From Chitinophaga pinensis (GTDB lineage Bacteria; Bacteroidota; Bacteroidia; NS11-12g; UBA9320), in NCBI GenBank assembly GCA_945907065.1, contig CAMDSC010000001.1, positions 97,190-161,189 of the forward strand: a DNA stretch of 64,000 bases, read 5' to 3'. Under the pieces are notes generated by a model. The model saw nothing but the letters and a program-made list of their open reading frames with translations, made no database searches and was not told the origin of the DNA. Below are positions 17,278-26,596 of the stretch, piece after piece; the stretch's first letter is position 1, and each line of letters opens with the position of its first letter. The translations under genes and the position numbers were made by a program.

Positions 17278-19464
17278 TTACAAATTTTCTAAAATGAAAT
17301 TTGTCATTAATGTAAATAAATGCAAACGGGTGTTTCCGCCTGATATACCGTGGCTTTTATTAGGATAATAAGCGGATTGAAACGGTTTGTTTTGTTCTAC
17401 CATTTTTTCCACCATCTCTGCTGAATTTTGAAAATGAACGTTATCGTCTCCAGTTCCATGCACCAAAAGGTATTTTCCTTTTAATTTTTCAACCATATTT
17501 ATTGGGGAGTTGGAATCATATCCTTCGGCATTATTATTTGGCAATTGCATATAGCGTTCAGTATATATATTATCATAAAATCGCCAGTTGGTAACAGGTG
17601 CCACGGCAATGGCAGCTTTAAAAAAATCGGCTCCTTTGGTAATGCAAGTACTGCTCATAAATCCGCCATAACTCCATCCCCAAATACCAATTCGTGAAGC
17701 ATCAATATAACTTTGACTTCCAAAATATTTAGCAGCACTTATTTGATCGTCACTTTCATATTTGCCCAATTGCTTGTAGGTCATTTTTTTAAACTCAGAT
17801 CCTCGGGCTCCTGTTCCACGATTGTCTACACAAGCTACTATATAACCCTTTTCATTGGCCAACATTTGGTGCCACCAATAATTACCTCCACCCCAACTGT
17901 TCAATACCTGCTGTGAACCCGGCCCCCCATATACAAACATTAACAATGGATATTTTTTATTGGGGTCAAAATCTTTAGGTTTAATTATCCAATAGTTTAA
18001 ATTAATATTATTTTCAATAGGTAATTGACCGAATTCAGCTATCGAAATTTTATAATCCAGCATCCTTGTAGTTAATACTTTGTTATCTTCCAAAACTCGT
18101 AATACAGCTCCTGAACCATTGCAAATACTTGTAATAGCCGGAGAATTAATAGTAGATGTGGTATGCAAAAAATAACTAAAATCGGTACTGAAGGCTGCAG
18201 AATGCATTCCCGCTGCTGCTGTTAATTCAATTTTATTTTTACCATCCAAATCACTTCTGTAAATGTGTTTTTCTAGCGATGAATTTTCAAACGATGAATA
18301 GTACACTTGTTTTGTAGCCTCATTATACCCCAAAATATCAGCCACATCCCAACTGCCTTTTGTGGTTTGCATTATTTCAGGGCCTTCTACTTTGTGTAAA
18401 TAAATGTGACGAAACCCATCCCGTTCACTGGTTAGCAACATTAATTCGCCACCGGGTAAAAATTCAAGGTCGTCAGAAATATCAATATAATATTTATCGG
18501 TTTCTTCGTGTGCTACTCTTGTTTTTCCTGATTTTGTGTCGGCTAACAAAATCTCCCATTTATTTTGCAATCGGTTCAATCGTTGGATGGAAAGTAAGGC
18601 GTTGTTCTTGGTCCATTTTATTCTTGGTAAATATTGGTCGTTTTCTGAACCTGTTTCCATTTTCTTTGATTTACCGCCTTTTATGGAGTAAACAAACACA
18701 TCTACTTTTGAATTGGTTTCTCCTGCTTTTGGATATTTAAAGGTTGTAACTCTAGGATATAATCCTTCAAACATGGTCATCGAAAATTCAGGAACATTGG
18801 TTTCATCAAACTTGTAATAGGCGATGGCCGAGCCATCTTCGTTCCACTGAAAACCTGAACTCATACTAAATTCTTCTTCATACACCCAATCTACGGCTCC
18901 GTTAATAATGGAGTTGCGTTTACCATCTTTGGTAATAGTTTTGATTTTGTTGTTTTTAAGGTCTTTTACAAACAAATTATTTTCAAAAACATAAGCAACA
19001 TATTTTCCAGTGGGGTCAAATGTGGGGTACATTATTTTAGAAAAGACTACTTCGGTAATTTCAGAAGTAACAATATCTAAAATATACGTTTTAGCGGCTG
19101 AACTGTGACGGTAAATTTGTTCTGTTTCGTTGGTTAAAATGGCTTGGGTTTCAGTTGAATTAAATTGAAACCCATCAAACTGAAACTCCTTTAAACCGTT
19201 TGCTTTTGCAATTCGGCCATTGTGAATTAAGGTATCCACAGTATTCCCGGTTTCGTAACTATATTTAACCACAAACTGTCCTCCCGTTTTTGTACTCACA
19301 TTTTGGCAATAGGTTTTGCCGTCTTTTAATGGCACAAAACCTGAAACCCCTTTGGCAGCAAAGGTTCTGTTTTTCCAAATATCTTCAAGTGTTATGCTTT
19401 TTTGGGCAAACAGAAATATAGTATTTGCAATAAAAAAAGCTAAAATAGTTAATCTTTTAATCAT
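17278..19464 (-). CDS. Dipeptidyl-peptidase IV (S9B family serine peptidase)
   Basis: 728 aa with a signal peptide and beta-propeller N-half. The nucleophile elbow is GWSYGG, and the GTGDDNVH and HG motifs complete the Ser-Asp-His triad. Confidence 0.9.
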   Translation of the reverse strand: MIKRLTILAFFIANTIFLFAQKSITLEDIWKNRTFAAKGVSGFVPLKDGKTYCQNVSTKTGGQFVVKYSYETGNTVDTLIHNGRIAKANGLKEFQFDGFQFNSTETQAILTNETEQIYRHSSAAKTYILDIVTSEITEVVFSKIMYPTFDPTGKYVAYVFENNLFVKDLKNNKIKTITKDGKRNSIINGAVDWVYEEEFSMSSGFQWNEDGSAIAYYKFDETNVPEFSMTMFEGLYPRVTTFKYPKAGETNSKVDVFVYSIKGGKSKKMETGSENDQYLPRIKWTKNNALLSIQRLNRLQNKWEILLADTKSGKTRVAHEETDKYYIDISDDLEFLPGGELMLLTSERDGFRHIYLHKVEGPEIMQTTKGSWDVADILGYNEATKQVYYSSFENSSLEKHIYRSDLDGKNKIELTAAAGMHSAAFSTDFSYFLHTTSTINSPAITSICNGSGAVLRVLEDNKVLTTRMLDYKISIAEFGQLPIENNINLNYWIIKPKDFDPNKKYPLLMFVYGGPGSQQVLNSWGGGNYWWHQMLANEKGYIVACVDNRGTGARGSEFKKMTYKQLGKYESDDQISAAKYFGSQSYIDASRIGIWGWSYGGFMSSTCITKGADFFKAAIAVAPVTNWRFYDNIYTERYMQLPNNNAEGYDSNSPINMVEKLKGKYLLVHGTGDDNVHFQNSAEMVEKMVEQNKPFQSAYYPNKSHGISGGNTRLHLFTLMTNFILENL

Positions 19465-19629
19465 GGTTCAATATTACTCTTTTTGAAAAATTAGTTGTCA
19501 ATTTTCTATCGATTTTTATTTTATAATGGTAAGTGGAATTTCAAAACTGTTTTCATTTCTAAATGATAATAATCATGTTCAAACAATTCTAAAAAACTAA
19601 TTGGTTTAAGGTAATTTTGCCACTCATTT

Positions 19630-20811
19630 ATGCAACCCTTCGACCTTACATTTTCAAATACCAAAGTTGCTTTTCAGCACATGAGTGATGCTGAAGTTAA
19701 AAAAGCAAAGTTCATTTTCTCAATATTTAATTTTTCGTTTTTGGTAAAGTATGGTCCTGGCCTATCCACTTTTTGTTTAAAGATTGGATTGCCGATAAAG
19801 GGAATTATTAAAAACACGGTTTTCTGGCAGTTTTGTGGTGGCGAAACTATTGATGAATGCGATTATACAGTAAACACTTTATGGAAGAATCGGGTAGGAA
19901 CTATTCTTGATTATTCGGTAGAAGGGCATGAAGATGAAGCTAGTTTTGAAGTAAATGTAAAGGAAATTAAAAGTACCATTTTAAAAGCGAAAGGAAAACC
20001 ACAATATCCGTTTTGTGTATTCAAACCCACCGGTATTGCCAGTGTTACTTTGCTCGAAAAAGTAGATGCCGGCATAAAATTAGATAATGATGAGTTAAAC
20101 GAATTTTATAATACTAAAAAACGATTTGAAACCCTCTGTCAAGTGCCTGCCGATAGTGATATGCGCTTGTTTGTAGATGCTGAACTATCGTGGATGCAAA
20201 AAACAGTGGATACATTAGTTAATGAAATGATGGCCAAACACAATCAGCAAAAGGCTTTGATTTTTAATACCGTTCAATTGTATAAAAAGGATCAGGTAGA
20301 GCTAATGAAAAAATGGATTGCCGAGGCCAGAGAAAAGAAATATTTTGTAGGGTTTAAATTGGTGCGAGGTGCTTATATGGAAAAGGAAGCCGAGCGGGCT
20401 TTGAAAATGGGTTACCCAAATCCTATCAATGATACCAAGGAAGATAGCGATAGGGATTATAATGAAGCCTTAAAATTATGTTTTGATAACTGCGATATTG
20501 TTTCGGTTTGTGCCGGAACGCATAATGAAGAAAGCTCCTTGTATTTAGCTAAACTGATGAACGAAGGAGAAATTGAAAACAATGACTCGAGGTTTTGGTT
20601 TGCACAATTGTTTGGGATGAGTGATACTATAAGTTTCAACCTTGCAGCTAAAGGCTACAATGTGGTTAAATATTTACCTTATGGCCCCATAAAATCGGTA
20701 ATGCCATACCTTGGCCGCCGGGCCAAAGAAAACAGCAGCATGGCCGGACAGATGGGCCGGGAACTGGCTTTGCTGGTTCAGGAATTGAAAAGGCGGAAGT
20801 CTGAGAAATAG
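19630..20811 (+). CDS. Monofunctional proline dehydrogenase
   Basis: 393 aa with the (beta-alpha)8 PRODH pattern: ILDYSVEG, LVRGAYMEKE and the C-terminal YLGRRAKENSS. Confidence 0.8.
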   Translation: MQPFDLTFSNTKVAFQHMSDAEVKKAKFIFSIFNFSFLVKYGPGLSTFCLKIGLPIKGIIKNTVFWQFCGGETIDECDYTVNTLWKNRVGTILDYSVEGHEDEASFEVNVKEIKSTILKAKGKPQYPFCVFKPTGIASVTLLEKVDAGIKLDNDELNEFYNTKKRFETLCQVPADSDMRLFVDAELSWMQKTVDTLVNEMMAKHNQQKALIFNTVQLYKKDQVELMKKWIAEAREKKYFVGFKLVRGAYMEKEAERALKMGYPNPINDTKEDSDRDYNEALKLCFDNCDIVSVCAGTHNEESSLYLAKLMNEGEIENNDSRFWFAQLFGMSDTISFNLAAKGYNVVKYLPYGPIKSVMPYLGRRAKENSSMAGQMGRELALLVQELKRRKSEK

Positions 20812-20825
20812 GGGCAGTTTTACTA

Positions 20826-20848
20826 TTCCAAAGATTCAACCTTTGGAA
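20826..20848 (+). terminator. Hairpin downstream of the proline dehydrogenase gene (possible terminator, no T-tract)
   Basis: TTCCAAAG-ATTCAAC-CTTTGGAA is a perfect 8-bp stem, but it is followed by AAGTAAAG rather than a U-run. Confidence 0.3.
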
Positions 20849-20890
20849 AAGTAAAGCAATCTGCTCGCTATGATATATTAGATTTATTCC

Positions 20891-20924
20891 TTTGAAAACC
20901 TCCACTATAAAACACCTAATTTTG
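20891..20924 (+). promoter_or_regulatory. Candidate Bacteroidota sigma-A promoter (-33 TTTG / -7 TAnnTTTG)
   Basis: TTTG at 20891-20894 and TAATTTTG at 20917-20924 are spaced 22 nt apart. The -7 box lies 19 nt upstream of the TTG start at 20943. Confidence 0.4.
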
Positions 20925-20942
20925 TCTAAACAATGAATACCT

Positions 20943-21659
20943 TTGAAAGAACTCGAAGATTATAAATGGTTTCCTAATCTCTTAAGAAATTTTCAAACTG
21001 ATTTTATAGGCTTTGTGGTCTCAAAGTTTAATGTATATAATAGCCTTGTTGAACATCTTAAAAAACTTTCATTGCCCGAGCAAAGCATGACCGACCTATG
21101 CTCAGGCAGCGGTGAACCGGCCATCAGTATTTTCAAAAAAAGCAATTGTTTTAGAGAGCTTGTCTTAACTGACAAATACCCCAATATTTTGAATACAATG
21201 GATGAAAGGATTTCGTATGAGGCTAAATCAATGGATGTGATGGAAATGGAATATAAGCCTGACAATTGTTACACTATGTTCAATGCCTTTCACCATTTTG
21301 AGGATAAAGACAAATTAGTTATTATTCAAAAAATTCATGAATCTGGTTCGGCTGCTTTTTTTGCAGAGATTCTTAAACCCAATGTGGTTTGTTTGATAAA
21401 AGTTATTTTAACTACAACTCTTGGAACACTTATCTTTACAACATTCATACACCCATTTTCATTCAAGAGATTGCTGTTCACTTATATTATTCCTATAAAT
21501 ATTTTAACCATAACCTTTGATGGTATTGTTTCCGTTTTTAAATCACGCTCAGTAAAACAATATCAAAAATTATTTGAAGTTTTTAATAACGTAAAAGTAC
21601 TCCAACTAACCAAAGGTTTCACTCCAATTGTTTTGATAGAGATTCAACCAACAAAATGA
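20943..21659 (+). CDS. Class I SAM-dependent methyltransferase with a hydrophobic C-terminal membrane region
   Basis: 238 aa from a TTG start; no in-frame ATG lies nearby. SAM motif I is MTDLCSGSGEPA, and the C-terminus LIKVILTTTLGTLIFTTFIHPF...IIPINILTITFDGIV is hydrophobic. It overlaps the next gene by ATGA. Confidence 0.6.
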   Translation: MKELEDYKWFPNLLRNFQTDFIGFVVSKFNVYNSLVEHLKKLSLPEQSMTDLCSGSGEPAISIFKKSNCFRELVLTDKYPNILNTMDERISYEAKSMDVMEMEYKPDNCYTMFNAFHHFEDKDKLVIIQKIHESGSAAFFAEILKPNVVCLIKVILTTTLGTLIFTTFIHPFSFKRLLFTYIIPINILTITFDGIVSVFKSRSVKQYQKLFEVFNNVKVLQLTKGFTPIVLIEIQPTK

Positions 21660-22558
21660 AATTTATCCGAATCCTATGGAAATTTAGTAGGCCACATACC
21701 ATCATTGGCAGCATAATTAGTATTTGTACTTTGTATCTAATTATCTATCGCCAACAGGGGATTTTTAATGTTCAATATTTTATAATGGCTCTACTTATAG
21801 GGGTTTCCTGCAATATTTTTATTGTAGGTATTAATCAAATTGCTGATGTGGAAATTGATAAAATCAACAAACCCGACCTTCCTATTCCTTCTGGTTTATT
21901 AAAAGTTAATCAGGCAAAAGCTATTGTGGGCTTTGCTTTGAGTTATAGTTTAGCTGTGGCATGGCTTGTTTCTCCGTTTCTTCTTTTGATTATTGCTTTG
22001 GCAGGATTTATTGGTTGGGCATATTCCATGCCGCCACTCCACCTAAAAAAACATCACTTGCCTGCTGCCTTGGCTATTGCAACTGTGAGAGGATTATTGC
22101 TTAATGCAGGTGGATTTTTGGTGTTTAATTCTGTAATAAATAACTCATGGGATATGCCCAAAAATGTGCTAATACTTACACTTTTTGTTATTGCGTTCAG
22201 TATTGTCATTGCATGGTTCAAAGATTTGCCAGATATGGCCGGCGATGCCAAATACAATATTAGATCGTTGGCTATTTTATATTCACCCAAAACAACGTTG
22301 CTCCTTGGCAACTTCTTAGTGGGTTCAGCTTATCTTTTTACCATCTATATAAAGTATGGTGATTTTTCTCATTCAGAAATTCCATCCTTCGAAACCCAAA
22401 CGCTTTTTTGGGGACATATCATTCTTTTTATACTTTTTGTTGTCAATGCTTTTTCTGTAAAATTAAATGAACACCAGTCTCTCAAAAAATTCTACCAGCG
22501 TTTTTGGTGGTTCTTTTTTGCAGAGTATATGTTGTATTTGTTGGCGTATATCTGGTAG
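21656..22558 (+). CDS. UbiA-superfamily aromatic prenyltransferase, homogentisate prenyltransferase / chlorophyll synthase-like clade
   Basis: 300 aa, polytopic. Shows WKFSRPHTIIGS near the N-terminus, the first Asp-rich motif NQIADVEIDKINKPDLPIPSG and the second motif FKDLPDMAGD. Confidence 0.75.
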   Translation: MKFIRILWKFSRPHTIIGSIISICTLYLIIYRQQGIFNVQYFIMALLIGVSCNIFIVGINQIADVEIDKINKPDLPIPSGLLKVNQAKAIVGFALSYSLAVAWLVSPFLLLIIALAGFIGWAYSMPPLHLKKHHLPAALAIATVRGLLLNAGGFLVFNSVINNSWDMPKNVLILTLFVIAFSIVIAWFKDLPDMAGDAKYNIRSLAILYSPKTTLLLGNFLVGSAYLFTIYIKYGDFSHSEIPSFETQTLFWGHIILFILFVVNAFSVKLNEHQSLKKFYQRFWWFFFAEYMLYLLAYIW

Positions 22559-22577
22559 AGATGAAAAATTTGAGTCT

Positions 22578-25500
22578 TTATCGTTTTAAAAATAGCGTTC
22601 CCTTAATCATTTTATTGGCTGTCTTTTTAGCTTTGAAGGTAAAATAGTATATATAAATTCCTTCTGGACAAGGCTCTTCCTTAAAGGTTCCATCCCAGCC
22701 ATCTTTATAATTTTTACTATCAAAAACCTTTTCACCCCAGCGGGTAAAAATTGCTAAATGAGAGTTGGACACAGCCGCTGTTTCAAACATGAAAAGGTCA
22801 TTAATTCCATCTCCATTAGGCGAAAATGCTGTAGGTAATTCAAAGGCATCATTATCGGTAACACATATTTTTTGAACGAGGCTGTCTTGGCAATTTCCTT
22901 TATTGGCAATTTTTAATTTTATATAATAATATTCTGATAACCCATCATATAAATGAGAAGGATTGATAGCAGCATTGTAAGGAACTAGTGTGCCATCCCC
23001 AAAATCCCAATAGCCAGTATCAGCACCTGTACTTAAATTAATAATTTGAAGCAATGGGTCGTGACTATTTAGGCACTTTCCATTGGGAGAATATGTGAAA
23101 TAAGCCTGAATAATGGAATAGCCTGGAATATTTACTGTGGTATCATATTTACAACCGGTAAGAGTATTTGTAACATACACTCTATAACTGTTTCCGGCAG
23201 GAGCACTAACTGTAGCTGAAGTTTGAGGCGGAGTAGTATTCCAATTGTATTTGAAAGGCCCCGCTCCGTTCATAGTTAAATTAATATATCCCGGAAATCC
23301 ATAACATTGTTTCGGGCTAGAGGTGCTGGTACTATTCATTGATGGATGCACATAAAGTAACTTTTGCTTGACCACAGAATCACTGCAACCATCTTTTAAA
23401 GTTACCGTATAAAAAATGCTTTTAGTCCCTAAAACAAATATGGATTGTACGTCTGTTTGGCCGCTGCTCCATTGGGTATTGTAATTATTTGAACCACCTT
23501 TGGCTTTAGCAGTAAGTGTAACTGTTGTTCCAACACATACCGAATCTCTATTACTTGTAAAATCAAGTTTTAAAGTGTCGGCAATGGTTATTATTTGTGA
23601 GGTTTGGCTCACACATTTACCGGTTCCAAATTTATAAGTAATAGTATGGCTGCCAGAACCTGCTGCCTTGGGATTAAAAGTGCTTCCTGATATTCCGCGG
23701 CCAATCAATGTTCCGCCAATGGGGGAGAGGTTTAAATTATCAATGGTGTCTTTTAGACAGTAGTAATTTTGCAAACCTAAAAATGAAACTTTCGGTAAAG
23801 GTTTAATCCGTATTTTTATTGTGTCCACACATTTGCCGGGCAATGCAAATAAAATCTTGTTTATTCCTGTATCAGCTAACGCCGGACTAAACATCCCTAA
23901 GGCGCCATTGGAGATTCCCTTACCACTAAAAGTTCCTTTTTTTTCTCCATTATATAATTTAAAAGGATCATCAGCTATGCAAAAAACAGTATCTTTTTGA
24001 ACATTAGCCCTTGGATAAATACGGATTATCAGAGTGTCTTTGCATCCGTGAGCATCCCCAATTATTTGATGAAAGGTTCCTTTACCTGCCAGCTTAGGAC
24101 TAAATTTTTGATAATAAACATTCGTTCCAATAATGGCACTACTTCCTGTGAAATAGACATCCCACGGGTCGTTTTTCACAAAATTATATTGTAAAGGAAA
24201 GGTGGTATCCGTTTCACAACGCCGAACGGTATCAGTATAAAAACGAGTATACCGCAAGTACATTATTTTAACATCTTTGCACCCATTGGGCGAAGTGTAT
24301 GTTAAGTTGGTTTGAGTAAAAGTAGATTTTCCTGGAACTCGAAAAGTGTCAGCATCAAAAATTCCATTTACTTTATCAAAAATTCCTTTACCGCTCCAAA
24401 ATCCTCCAGATGGTAAACCGACAGGTAAAGTTCTTTGGCCTGCATCAGGACAGGCAATTTCATCCCATCGGGCATCCACCCCTTGAATGTTTCGTTTTAA
24501 GGTGTCTTTACAACCATTAATGGTATAAATATAAAGCTTGTTCCCAGCTCCGGCAGTGTTTGGTGAATTAATACCAAGCGTGGCATTATTCACCCCTGGA
24601 CCAGACCATGTCCCGCCTTTTGGAGTAAATTTAAAAGTGTCAGCCGCTACTGATTGGCAAAGCGTGTCTATTTTTTTAATAATAATTCCATCAATATTTA
24701 TAGTTTTGTTAGCTGTGCAGCCATTCCAAGTATAGGTTACTGTAAACGGACCGGCAATGGCCGGAGGTGTAATTAATCCTGCTGAAGTAATATTAGGGCC
24801 ACTCCACGTTCCACCTGCCGGTGAAAAATTGGAAACCATAAAAGGCGCTGCTCCTGGACAAGATGCATTCGGTGATCCAGCATTGATGGCTCTAACCGTA
24901 ACTATTACCATATCGGTGCAATTAGCTAATTTGTAAGTAATATTAAAGGTCCCACTTTTTGATACTCCGGGGTCAAAAGTTCCGTTGGTAGCATTGATAA
25001 TTCCTGTGCCCGACCATGAGCCGCCAGTAGGGGTGGCGCTTAAATTAAATGGTCCGCTGGATTGGCAAACACTGGTGTCTTTTTGAGCCACTGGAGGATC
25101 AACTACTGTAATCAATATAGTATCTCTTCCTGGAACAGAAACACCATCTGTTACTTCCAAAATATAAGTTGTGGTTACCGATGGACAGGGCGATTTCGGC
25201 GGTTTTCCTGTAAGGCCACCACTTAACCAGTTATAGACATATTTTGTGGGGTCACCACCTGTTAGGGTGGCCGTTAATGTAACACATCCGCCTTTGCAAA
25301 CGGTGTCTTTTGTGGTTTTTAAAATAACTCTAATCGGGCAATCAGTAATCTTAAAATTAAGTTTTGCATTTATTTTCCAAATACTATCGCAGGCATCTTT
25401 AAAGGTGCTGTTAAAATCTAAAACGTAGTTTCCGCTTTGATCTAAGCCGGAGGCGAATGTAACATCAAACGTATTCGTTTCATTTTTACCATCGCAATTT

Positions 25501-26132
25501 ACGCCGGTAGCACTTGCAATTGCAGTAGATAAAGTCCCACTCAATTTAAAATTTTGAGCTTTTATCGAATCGCAATTAAATTTTTGGTCAAGTACCACTC
25601 GTATTTTACTTGTGCTGCAAGTGGGATTGGAGATGGGAGTAAAAGTAGGCTGTCGCACTTTTGTTATTTTAGCCCTCCAACTCAGTTCAAAGCCATCACC
25701 GTTTACATATTTATCGGAGTGAAAGTAAAAAGTAATGCAACTGTCGGAACTCGAAATTCCCCCCGAAGGTTTACTGCTGTTATCGTATTTTCTTATTAAA
25801 GTGGCACTGGTATCTTTACCGTTAAAAACTTTCAGAAAATCAGCTTTTGCTTCCACATCAAAATTTCCGGTAAATGTTATATCTATTTTACTGGCCCCAG
25901 TAACGCAAATTGTAAATATAAAATCTTCACCACTGGAATACCATTTGGTGTTTACCGTATTTCCCTCGCTGTCTGTTAATTTGCCACGGCAATCATACAC
26001 CTTGGTGTTACCCATTTTGTAAGTGGTTTGGGCATTTAAATACGAAACCGGAAATAGCAGACATATTACTATCCATCGAGTTAGTTTTACCAACTCGTAT
26101 TTAAAAAGTGAATATTTCTGAGGTTTAATCAA
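22578..26132 (-). CDS. Large secreted T9SS substrate (type B / gliding-motility-associated C-terminal domain) with an N-terminal CUB-like module
   Basis: 1184 aa with a signal peptide ending NAQ. The CUB-like region is YDCRGKLTDSEG...ADFLKVFNG...GFELSWRA. At least six repeats carry P.GG.WSG.GI...G.F.P. The C-terminus FSPNGDGINDLF...FTRWGEKVF...WDGTF...GIYIYYF matches the TIGR04131-type CTD. Confidence 0.85.
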   Translation of the reverse strand: MIKPQKYSLFKYELVKLTRWIVICLLFPVSYLNAQTTYKMGNTKVYDCRGKLTDSEGNTVNTKWYSSGEDFIFTICVTGASKIDITFTGNFDVEAKADFLKVFNGKDTSATLIRKYDNSSKPSGGISSSDSCITFYFHSDKYVNGDGFELSWRAKITKVRQPTFTPISNPTCSTSKIRVVLDQKFNCDSIKAQNFKLSGTLSTAIASATGVNCDGKNETNTFDVTFASGLDQSGNYVLDFNSTFKDACDSIWKINAKLNFKITDCPIRVILKTTKDTVCKGGCVTLTATLTGGDPTKYVYNWLSGGLTGKPPKSPCPSVTTTYILEVTDGVSVPGRDTILITVVDPPVAQKDTSVCQSSGPFNLSATPTGGSWSGTGIINATNGTFDPGVSKSGTFNITYKLANCTDMVIVTVRAINAGSPNASCPGAAPFMVSNFSPAGGTWSGPNITSAGLITPPAIAGPFTVTYTWNGCTANKTINIDGIIIKKIDTLCQSVAADTFKFTPKGGTWSGPGVNNATLGINSPNTAGAGNKLYIYTINGCKDTLKRNIQGVDARWDEIACPDAGQRTLPVGLPSGGFWSGKGIFDKVNGIFDADTFRVPGKSTFTQTNLTYTSPNGCKDVKIMYLRYTRFYTDTVRRCETDTTFPLQYNFVKNDPWDVYFTGSSAIIGTNVYYQKFSPKLAGKGTFHQIIGDAHGCKDTLIIRIYPRANVQKDTVFCIADDPFKLYNGEKKGTFSGKGISNGALGMFSPALADTGINKILFALPGKCVDTIKIRIKPLPKVSFLGLQNYYCLKDTIDNLNLSPIGGTLIGRGISGSTFNPKAAGSGSHTITYKFGTGKCVSQTSQIITIADTLKLDFTSNRDSVCVGTTVTLTAKAKGGSNNYNTQWSSGQTDVQSIFVLGTKSIFYTVTLKDGCSDSVVKQKLLYVHPSMNSTSTSSPKQCYGFPGYINLTMNGAGPFKYNWNTTPPQTSATVSAPAGNSYRVYVTNTLTGCKYDTTVNIPGYSIIQAYFTYSPNGKCLNSHDPLLQIINLSTGADTGYWDFGDGTLVPYNAAINPSHLYDGLSEYYYIKLKIANKGNCQDSLVQKICVTDNDAFELPTAFSPNGDGINDLFMFETAAVSNSHLAIFTRWGEKVFDSKNYKDGWDGTFKEEPCPEGIYIYYFTFKAKKTANKMIKGTLFLKR

Positions 26133-26134
26133 AT

Positions 26135-26596
26135 TTACTTTGTAATGGTTATTACATCCGTTTTTACACTATTACTCCAATTTCCGGCCCTGTCTTTAAG
26201 TCGCAATTCAAAAGTTGTTATTTCACTATCAGCAGTACCTAATAAAAAGGTGTTCTTTATTTGAACCGCGATGGTTCCTTTTACTTTAATATTTGCATTA
26301 GGTGGAGTTAATGGTTTAACAAAATAATAATCAGGTTTACTTAGTCGCTGGTCTTTTATTTGCAAATCATTTAGGTCAGGATTGGTTTCACCAATATCGC
26401 CATCGCCATCAGTGTATTCAATCGTTATAATCAAACTATCTTTAAATTGCTTTAAATTTTTTGAAGAAACCGATACCAGTCTTAATAAAGGATTGGGATT
26501 AGCAACAACTACTTCCTCTTTTTTGCATCCTGAAATAGCAAGAAGTATCAAACTGATAAATAAAATTTGGTGTTTAATTAGTTTTATATTCATCAC
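26135..26596 (-). CDS. Small lipoprotein, function unknown (beta-sandwich-like)
   Basis: 153 aa with lipobox AISGC and a YTDGDGDIGE acidic loop. It lies 2 nt from the T9SS gene and overlaps the upstream gene by 4 nt. Confidence 0.6.
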   Translation of the reverse strand: MMNIKLIKHQILFISLILLAISGCKKEEVVVANPNPLLRLVSVSSKNLKQFKDSLIITIEYTDGDGDIGETNPDLNDLQIKDQRLSKPDYYFVKPLTPPNANIKVKGTIAVQIKNTFLLGTADSEITTFELRLKDRAGNWSNSVKTDVITITK

